29,821 nucleotides of DNA. Source: a virus. The stretch lies in the IMG/VR virus record IMGVR_UViG_3300017748_000071. One strand, written 5' to 3'. The notes beneath the pieces were generated by a model. That model worked only from the letters and a program-made list of their open reading frames with translations. It had not been told where the DNA came from and made no database searches. Each line of letters starts with the position of its first letter. The stretch's first letter is position 1. A program made the translations under genes and the position numbers. Shown here in pieces: positions 1 through 5,126 of the stretch.

Positions 1-108
1 AAATCTGCTCTCGGCGAAGAAGCGGTATCTCAGTATGAGGATAGCGTTGCTAGCCAGATAGAATTATCCAAGAATCCAGTTCAAGCGAGTGGTACACCGT
101 GGAATTAG
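1..108 (+). CDS. 3' fragment (duplicate copy) of the gene annotated in full at 29477..29806
   Basis: Lies inside the terminal repeat; same frame and same TAG stop (106..108 = 29804..29806). Confidence 0.7.
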   Translation, partial: KSALGEEAVSQYEDSVASQIELSKNPVQASGTPWN

Positions 109-123
109 TCGAAATCATTGCCC
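1..123. repeat. Left copy of exact 123-bp terminal direct repeat (identical to 29699..29821)
   Basis: Read directly: aaatctgctctcggcgaagaagcgg...gtcgaaatcattgccc is present at both window ends, offset 29698 bp. Confidence 0.95.
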
Positions 124-260
124 TGTTACCTACGTTATCGGTTTTGTGTTCTGCGATTTGCGCGGCAACCCCGACCCCGAAAGATGATGCGATATATGCC
201 AAGTATATCTATCCGGCTATTGAGTACATTGCTTTGAATTTTGGGAAAGCTAAAGAATGA
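99..260 (+). CDS. Small predicted membrane protein (53 aa, GTG start), below the ORF-track length cutoff
   Basis: Hand translation MELVEIIALLPTLSVLCSAICAATPTPKDDAIYAKYIYPAIEYIALNFGKAKE. Hydrophobic helix followed by TPTPKDD. Start overlaps the upstream stop and the stop overlaps the next ATG (ATGA at 257..260). Confidence 0.4.
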   Translation: MELVEIIALLPTLSVLCSAICAATPTPKDDAIYAKYIYPAIEYIALNFGKAKE

Positions 261-478
261 CCCAAGAAGAGCGCAATCTGGCCTTAGATGCCCTCGAACG
301 CATCGCAAAACATGAAGAAGTTTGTGGTCGGCGATGGGGTGAGGCATTGACCGAGTTAAAACAACTGCGGTCGGCCACTGACGCTCACGCTGCGAGATGG
401 GAAAAGCTTGCTTGGTTAGTAATCACAACAGCCCTTGCAACGGCTGCAACAGTAATCACAACACATTTTGTGGGGTAA
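257..478 (+). CDS. Hypothetical tail-anchored membrane protein (73 aa)
   Basis: ORF track; soluble helical N-part, then the hydrophobic C-terminus LAWLVITTALATAATVITTHFVG; coupled to neighbours. Confidence 0.6.
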   Translation: MTQEERNLALDALERIAKHEEVCGRRWGEALTELKQLRSATDAHAARWEKLAWLVITTALATAATVITTHFVG

Positions 479-480
479 AT

Positions 481-789
481 ATGTCCGAACAAAACACGGT
501 GAAGATTCCGACCTTTTTGCTACCAATCGGTGCCGCTGCGGTATCGCTGGCCGTCGCATGGGGAGTTTTACAATCTAACGTAGCTCACGCGACAGAAGAC
601 CGCGAACGCATACAAATCATAGCGGAGGAAGCCGCAAAAAAAGCAGCAGCCAACGGTCAAGCGCAAGCAGTGACGGACGCCCGTCTGGACGCTATCGTTG
701 CGAGCCTCGAGAAGCAGGAACAGATCAGCGAGAAAACAAACGAGCAGATCAGTGTTCTGGTTCAAGCTCTTTTGAAGGGACAGAATTAG
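481..789 (+). CDS. Hypothetical type-II membrane protein with coiled-coil ectodomain (102 aa)
   Basis: Internal ATG of ORF 397..789, placed 2 nt after the upstream stop with GTGGGG upstream. N-terminal TM FLLPIGAAAVSLAVAWGVL, then an Ala/Glu/Gln/Lys-rich helical region. Confidence 0.65.
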   Translation: MSEQNTVKIPTFLLPIGAAAVSLAVAWGVLQSNVAHATEDRERIQIIAEEAAKKAAANGQAQAVTDARLDAIVASLEKQEQISEKTNEQISVLVQALLKGQN

Positions 790-842
790 ACCCGTTTCCG
801 TTCTTTGACCCCGCATTAAAGTGCGATTTACGGCGCTGGGAG

Positions 843-1064
843 ATGTTAAAAACGTTACATGGCCAAGCGCGTAGGGACGCTGCTATCAAGTGGCTAACCG
901 ACGCGCAGCAGACTTGCAGTTTTGGCGCTGCGGTGTACGTCCAAAACAGTTTGGATCGGTATTTAGTCGGGGCGGTGAACCAGCGCATTAAAATGCTTAG
1001 CTGGAATTTAAGGGCTAGAGAGGCCGTCCAGACCCAAGTTATTACTAAAAAGCGGGAAATCTAA
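843..1064 (+). CDS. Hypothetical protein (73 aa)
   Basis: ORF track; GGGAG 4 nt upstream of the ATG; stop overlaps the next start (TAATG). Confidence 0.55.
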   Translation: MLKTLHGQARRDAAIKWLTDAQQTCSFGAAVYVQNSLDRYLVGAVNQRIKMLSWNLRAREAVQTQVITKKREI

Positions 1065-1324
1065 TGCCGGAGATGCTTGTTTATGTTTTGCTAATGTATG
1101 TGGGTGGCGTAGAAGAGCCTAACTTCCGAGTACATTTTCGCACTTTAAGCCAATGCGCTAAACACAAAGTGGCGATAGAACATCAGAGCGGTGATGATTT
1201 TCCGTACATCTTTCCTAAAACCAACCGCTTTAGCTTGGTCTGCATGCCAAAGATAATTACATCCAAGCAAGCTGGCACCGAAATCATATTCCACGACTTA
1301 CCTGATGTAGTGGCAGACAAGTAA
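1064..1324 (+). CDS. Hypothetical protein (86 aa)
   Basis: ORF track; TAATG coupling to the upstream ORF. Confidence 0.55.
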   Translation: MPEMLVYVLLMYVGGVEEPNFRVHFRTLSQCAKHKVAIEHQSGDDFPYIFPKTNRFSLVCMPKIITSKQAGTEIIFHDLPDVVADK

Positions 1325-1387
1325 CCTTTTAGCTGTCATCCAATAAGTTATTTGCTAAAGTATCCCCTCAACCAAACGGGGACAAAA

Positions 1388-1594
1388 ATGATCACAATTG
1401 ATGACGTTGAATATGCTGAAGAAGATCTAACCGAAGAAGCGAAAGCCAGAGTTGAACGCATTCAAGAACTGCAAAAACAAGTCCACCAAACCCTGCTAAA
1501 CTATGAGGAACTGCAAGCCGCAATGAGTCACCACGCGGCCAAGATCAAAGAGGCGCTTAATGTACCAGTACAATCCGACGAGGCCAACGACTGA
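1388..1594 (+). CDS. Hypothetical acidic helical protein (68 aa)
   Basis: In-frame ATG of ORF 1352..1594 (the track start is TTG); GGGGA 5 nt upstream of ATG 1388. Confidence 0.55.
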   Translation: MITIDDVEYAEEDLTEEAKARVERIQELQKQVHQTLLNYEELQAAMSHHAAKIKEALNVPVQSDEAND

Positions 1595-1611
1595 GTTTCT
1601 ATTTATTGAGG

Positions 1612-1983
1612 CTATTCTGGTTCAGGATTCATAAGCGCAGCCTTTCGCGCCGCTCTATCTATACGCCGCTGTTCTACTTGCTCCGGCAGACCGTACTTAG
1701 CAAATCGCCGCTCGTGTACTGTCCAAATAGAGCCCTTGGTTGGAGCGCGCCACAATAATTGCTCGTCATCATTCGGTATATCCGCGCAAGCAACCCTAAA
1801 GGCATCGTCATCGCCTTCGATAACGGCTAATTTCGCCGCAGCTATTTCATCCCAGTTACGCTTAACGGCGTCCAAGTACTGCACAAAGAAATCTACAGGG
1901 ACCATCTTCCTATTGTCTAAGACGGTGGCCCCGTAAAGATCTTCCTCACTTATTTCTTTCGTATCGCTCATACATCTCATCAA
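1612..1983 (-). CDS. Hypothetical protein, last gene of the early-left operon
   Basis: ORF track. The start is uncertain (ATG at 1983, 1980 or 1971) and it overlaps the upstream ORF by 26-38 nt. Confidence 0.6.
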   Translation of the reverse strand: MMRCMSDTKEISEEDLYGATVLDNRKMVPVDFFVQYLDAVKRNWDEIAAAKLAVIEGDDDAFRVACADIPNDDEQLLWRAPTKGSIWTVHERRFAKYGLPEQVEQRRIDRAARKAALMNPEPE

Positions 1984-2131
1984 TTTCGATGGCGTTGATG
2001 ATTGCCATGATTCGGCCTTTTAGCTTCATCAGTTCTGCAATCTTATCCACATCGTCTAGTTCTTCCCATCGAGTAGGGTATTTGATCTGAACATACCGCT
2101 GGTCGATTGACATTTTGTGCGCCGCCGTCAA
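1946..2131 (-). CDS. Hypothetical protein (about 55-61 aa)
   Basis: ORF track; the start is either TTG 2131 (TTGA overlap with the upstream stop) or ATG 2113. Confidence 0.5.
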   Translation of the reverse strand: MTAAHKMSIDQRYVQIKYPTRWEELDDVDKIAELMKLKGRIMAIINAIEIDEMYERYERNK

Positions 2132-2394
2132 AACGGTATATCCTCAACCAACTCTTTTTTAGTCGGCATCTCGGTCTTAGGCACTAAGGGCTCGCTGGTC
2201 GGCTTCCAAGTATTAACCTCGAAATACCAGCTACCCTTTTGGCTTTCCTTCATATCTATCTTGATTTTGTCAGGCTGAGATTCTAGCCATTTCACAAGAT
2301 CAGCCGTGTGAATTACCACATTAGCTTTGATAAAGTCCGGCGACTTTTCGTTTGGCTTAAAGGCTCGCAGACCATCCACGAATTGTTTTTCCAC
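2128..2394 (-). CDS. Small (88 aa) protein ending in an SSB-like acidic tip ...ELVEDIPF; candidate minimal ssDNA-binding protein or SSB-tip mimic
   Basis: GTG start directly after the upstream TAA, with AGGAG 9 nt upstream. The C-terminal EDIPF matches the DDDIPF tip of bacterial SSB. Lies next to the Rad52-like gene. Confidence 0.7.
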   Translation of the reverse strand: MEKQFVDGLRAFKPNEKSPDFIKANVVIHTADLVKWLESQPDKIKIDMKESQKGSWYFEVNTWKPTSEPLVPKTEMPTKKELVEDIPF

Positions 2395-2775
2395 TTACAT
2401 TGCTCCTAGTAGGGTTGAGATAAAAGCTGACACAACGACAGACGCAAATACGCATGTGCTGATAATTTTTTCGGGGCTTATCACGCTCGATTTAGGCGTT
2501 TCGACCTCTACCCTTTGGGGTTGGGTCTCTTCGACGGTAACTCGTTTAATTGGGGCTTTATAAGCCGTTGTACGGGCCCTATATCTGCCCTTATCGGTAC
2601 GGATCAAGAACCCGCGCTGGATGCAGTTATCCAACGCTTTCTTAACCTGTTTTTCACTAGCTTCTTTGTGCGACTTTCTGACCGTCTGCATAATGGCTTT
2701 AGTCGTTACGCCTAGATCGTGGCCTTGGACTCTTTCGACCACGATTTTACTGATTCCGTTTTTTGGTAACTTCAT
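2395..2775 (-). CDS. Basic putative winged-helix/HTH DNA-binding protein with a C-terminal transmembrane anchor (126 aa)
   Basis: ORF track; ATGA overlap with the upstream gene. Lys/Arg-rich N-domain (...KKALDNCIQRGFLIRTDKGRYRA...). Extreme C-terminus IISTCVFASVVVSAFISTLLGAM is hydrophobic. Confidence 0.65.
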   Translation of the reverse strand: MKLPKNGISKIVVERVQGHDLGVTTKAIMQTVRKSHKEASEKQVKKALDNCIQRGFLIRTDKGRYRARTTAYKAPIKRVTVEETQPQRVEVETPKSSVISPEKIISTCVFASVVVSAFISTLLGAM

Positions 2776-3269
2776 GCTGGCCTCGGTAGTTTTTGCTCGT
2801 ACTGCTCTGCAGTTAGCAATGGCCCGTCACGGTATAGATAGCGAGCTACCCCGAAAGATACCGCTGCGCGTTTGAATGCGTCACTGAATTGACCCTTTTC
2901 GCCCTCGATACTGGTTTCACCAGCGCCATCGGATTTAGCGATCCACTGATCGCCCATCTTAATTGATAAAGTACAGCAGCAGTTGCCGCCGATCTCTGAG
3001 TAGTGTGATTGCCAACCATCTGGGCCAACTACAGCGTCGAGCCTAGCCATAACCTGTCGCGCATCGACATAGGAAAGCATCTTACCTCCCGGCCCTTTGC
3101 GCTCTTTAACTTGATTGGTGGGCCAAGGGCGTTTTAGTTCCCAAGAAATCAGCTCTGCGCTTTTGGTCATATCAGCCTCGGTGAATTTGGGTAGTGGTGA
3201 ATCTTGAACGATGGCCTCTAGCTCATCGAACACCTCGGAAAACTTCATTAGTTCATCTTTGACCTTCAT
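2772..3269 (-). CDS. Rad52/Rad22-family single-strand annealing protein (165 aa)
   Basis: Motif block LSYVDARQVMARLDAVVGPDGWQSHY...GEKGQFSDAFKRAAVSFGVARYLY is typical of Rad52-like SSAPs. I chose the internal ATG 3269 (MKVKDEL...) because it forms an ATGA overlap with the upstream stop; the track start 3365 would overlap the upstream gene by 100 nt. Confidence 0.8.
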   Translation of the reverse strand: MKVKDELMKFSEVFDELEAIVQDSPLPKFTEADMTKSAELISWELKRPWPTNQVKERKGPGGKMLSYVDARQVMARLDAVVGPDGWQSHYSEIGGNCCCTLSIKMGDQWIAKSDGAGETSIEGEKGQFSDAFKRAAVSFGVARYLYRDGPLLTAEQYEQKLPRPA

Positions 3270-3541
3270 GGCGTCACCTCGGTAACCGTACCAACAGCAT
3301 AACCATCTTGATCCGCAATGGTAGAAAAGCCATCGTGGTTTAGGTCGAGTTCGGAATATGACCACTGATTGCGCGGCCTTAGTGTTTCGCCGATTAATCG
3401 GTCTAGTTGGGTTAGGCCAAGAACTGAGTGAGTATCTTCGCCAAAGATAACAACATCGAATTCGCGGTCTGCGTCATCGAGTGGTTCTTGGTTGAATGGT
3501 GCGCGTGGATTGGCGCGGTCTTCATCGGATCTACAAATCAT
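3266..3541 (-). CDS. Hypothetical strongly acidic protein (91 aa), first gene of the early-left operon
   Basis: ORF track; AAGGGGA 5 nt upstream of the ATG; about 19 Asp/Glu versus 7 Arg and no Lys by hand count. Confidence 0.6.
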   Translation of the reverse strand: MICRSDEDRANPRAPFNQEPLDDADREFDVVIFGEDTHSVLGLTQLDRLIGETLRPRNQWSYSELDLNHDGFSTIADQDGYAVGTVTEVTP

Positions 3542-3595
3542 AGGTTTCCCCTTCTTAGTGTTTCTCGTGATCGGCTTCCCAACCGATACAAGAAT

Positions 3596-3632
3596 AATAA
3601 ACCCGTTGTTTAGGAAAATAAAGGTTTATTTT
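3596..3632. promoter_or_regulatory. Inverted pair AATAAACC (3596..3603) / AAAGGTTTATTTT (3620..3632) in the divergent early control region
   Basis: Read directly. The right arm shares the 14-mer AAAATAAAGGTTTA (3615..3628) with 4220..4233 and the core AAAGGTTTAYTTT with 9886..9898 (minus strand). Confidence 0.5.
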
Positions 3633-3653
3633 TAGTTTTAGCTGATTTAAGAT
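3625..3653 (+). promoter_or_regulatory. Candidate sigma70-type promoter for the cro-like gene (-35 TTTATT, 17-nt spacer, -10 TAAGAT)
   Basis: Hexamers read by eye. The predicted start falls at or next to the A of ATG 3660, and no Shine-Dalgarno is visible, so the mRNA could be leaderless. Confidence 0.35.
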
Positions 3654-3659
3654 CGCCCG

Positions 3660-3860
3660 ATGGATCAGGAAGTTTTTACAAGAATCAAAAAGTACATTGG
3701 GACGCAGCGCGACTTAGCGAAGCATCTCGGTGTACAACCTCAGGCAATCTCGAAGTGGAAGCGAACGCAGATCCCTGCGACTAGGGTGGTAGAGATTGAA
3801 CGATTAACTGGCGGAAATGTAACTCGCCAAGAAATCAGACCTGATGTATTCTACGGTTGA
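3660..3860 (+). CDS. Cro/YdaS-like helix-turn-helix transcriptional regulator (66 aa)
   Basis: GTQRDLAKHLGVQPQAISKWKR...IPATRVVEIERLTGG is the pattern of small Cro/YdaS-type phage HTH proteins. It sits at the divergent early region. Confidence 0.8.
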   Translation: MDQEVFTRIKKYIGTQRDLAKHLGVQPQAISKWKRTQIPATRVVEIERLTGGNVTRQEIRPDVFYG

Positions 3861-3862
3861 GC

Positions 3863-3904
3863 ACCGGCCTCCACATCCCCCGAAGACTTCCCACGGAGGT
3901 CGGT
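3863..3904 (+). promoter_or_regulatory. Stable hairpin 3 nt after the cro-like stop (10-bp stem accggcctcc / ggaggtcggt, 22-nt loop)
   Basis: Paired by hand: 9 Watson-Crick pairs plus 1 G-U. There is no downstream U-tract, so it is not a canonical intrinsic terminator. Confidence 0.4.
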
Positions 3905-4219
3905 TGCTCCCCTTATCCAAGCTTCACGAAAGTGGCAGAAACCCTAACGGGCGCGGTCTAATCAGTATTGAACCGTTGAGCGAAACAAATCTGAAGACAA
4001 TTATCTGGAACTTGCGCGCTATAGGTGCGGCGCGAAATTGAACATCCGTTAACGGTGGCAAAAATCCTCGAATGAGGTGGTCGGGTTGGGTCACACCTGC
4101 ATATACCGCAAAGTGATTGGATGGAAATACAAGCCAGATATAAAAAACTCCCCCAGATGCTTTAGGCCACCCTACGCACCTATCGGTCGCTATGGCAAAA
4201 ATTAATTTCGCTAAATAGT

Positions 4220-4259
4220 AAAATAAAGGTTTACTTTAGTATGTAGGCCATTAAAGTAA
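4220..4259 (+). promoter_or_regulatory. Second copy of the AAAATAAAGGTTTA motif with a candidate promoter (-35 TTTACT 4230..4235, 16-nt spacer, -10 TAAAGT 4252..4257) and an 8-bp inverted repeat TTACTTTA/TAAAGTAA
   Basis: Read directly; located about 40-70 nt upstream of the AGGAG-ATG of gene 4299. Confidence 0.45.
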
Positions 4260-4298
4260 CGAGTGTCGAAATTAAGTAATAACCAATAGGAGAACGAC

Positions 4299-4928
4299 AT
4301 GGCCAAGCACACTTACAAAGGAACCTGCCAAGTTTGCGGAAGCGTTCAAGCGATAACAGGCGAAGCTGGCGTAATCGCAAAACACGGATACACCGTAGAA
4401 TGGGGCTTTTTTAACGGAACCTGCTCAGGATCGCACTCGAAGCCACTAGAGCAAGATAAGTGGCTTACCGAGAAAATGATTAAGCACTTACGAGAAGAAG
4501 GCGAAGAAATGGCGGCAAAAACAATCGCCGACATCAAAACAGCATCGCTAACAATTAGAACTCAGCAGAAGACCTACACTTTTAACAAGGAATCGAACAT
4601 AGAAGAAGAGCTAGGCAACTTTTTTCTAATGTTTGGCGCACCTACATTTGAAGAATTGGCAGGAGATAATCTTGCAGCAATTCACCGTCAAGCCAAGAGC
4701 GTATTAGACCACGCCGACTACCTAACCCGCTTAATCGAAAAGCGCCACGGTCAGGAGCTATACCCAGCGCCAAAGCAGCAAGAAGTTGAGCGCATCAAAG
4801 AGCTTTATAACAAATACCAGCAAGCAGTTAGCCGGAAAGCAGAACTTACTGCGGAAGGCTGGAGAGCGCGACTCAAAAGATCTTTTGAGGGATACGTTGT
4901 AACAGCAACTAGAAAGGTGGCCGCTTAG
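4299..4928 (+). CDS. Hypothetical protein with an N-terminal Cys cluster (CxxC...C), 209 aa
   Basis: ORF track; AGGAG RBS. N-terminus GTCQVCGSVQAI...HGYTVEWGFFNGTCSG, then a helical charged region. It is the first gene after the long non-coding region and lies upstream of the helicase. Confidence 0.7.
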   Translation: MAKHTYKGTCQVCGSVQAITGEAGVIAKHGYTVEWGFFNGTCSGSHSKPLEQDKWLTEKMIKHLREEGEEMAAKTIADIKTASLTIRTQQKTYTFNKESNIEEELGNFFLMFGAPTFEELAGDNLAAIHRQAKSVLDHADYLTRLIEKRHGQELYPAPKQQEVERIKELYNKYQQAVSRKAELTAEGWRARLKRSFEGYVVTATRKVAA

Positions 4929-4949
4929 GCGGTCCCCCTGGGGTTAACC

Positions 4950-5126
4950 ATGAAGACAATTACCGAGCGCGAAGTTACGCAACTTGCAGAGCAAGTCGAT
5001 ATTTTGGAAACGGCTTTAGCTGACATGCCAACGGATCACGCAGACCGATTTAAGATGCGATGCCAAGTAAAATTGGCGCGACTAAAACTTAAAGATGCAG
5101 TTTGGCAATTAGCGTGGCAAATCTAA
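4950..5126 (+). CDS. Small hypothetical ORF (58 aa), below the track cutoff
   Basis: Hand translation MKTITEREVTQLAEQVDILETALADMPTDHADRFKMRCQVKLARLKLKDAVWQLAWQI. Its TAA overlaps the helicase ATG (TAATG at 5124..5128). Confidence 0.45.
   Translation: MKTITEREVTQLAEQVDILETALADMPTDHADRFKMRCQVKLARLKLKDAVWQLAWQI

Noticed and set aside
135-347. 70-aa minus-strand ORF
   Set aside because: It is antisense to two coupled plus-strand ORFs (99..260 and 257..478), has no RBS, and its Arg/His/Cys-rich composition is typical of a shadow frame.
397-480. N-terminal extension of ORF 397..789
   Set aside because: It would overlap gene 257..478 by 82 nt in another frame. ATG 481 sits 2 nt after the upstream stop and begins a sensible TM protein.
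3270-3365. N-terminal extension of the Rad52-like ORF (track start 3365)
   Set aside because: The extension (MVIFRTRPKPRWLFYHCGSRWLCCWYGYRGDA) is Trp/Cys/Arg-rich and overlaps gene 3266..3541. ATG 3269 gives a standard ATGA overlap.
3844-4041. 65-aa ORF in the long intergenic region, including a TTG 3904 variant preceded by GGAGG
   Set aside because: The track start overlaps the end of the cro-like gene with no RBS, and the product is Pro/Gly/Arg-rich and low-complexity. The GGAGG is the right arm of the 3863..3904 hairpin. I treat the region as non-coding, but a small peptide cannot be excluded.
3861-4298. tRNA or tmRNA in the long non-coding region; also CRISPR arrays and rRNA anywhere in the window
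   Set aside because: I found no GTTCRANYC T-loop with matching acceptor and anticodon stems by eye, no spaced identical repeats and no rRNA-like sequence. A tRNAscan or Rfam run would be the decisive check.
4917-4943. Short hairpin (ggccgc-ttag-gcggtc) and a CCCC-T-GGGG string after gene 4299..4928, considered as a terminator
   Set aside because: It has only 6 bp with a G-U pair, the loop contains the stop codon, there is no U-tract, and the next ORF starts 7 nt later. A one-base loop in CCCCTGGGG is sterically impossible.
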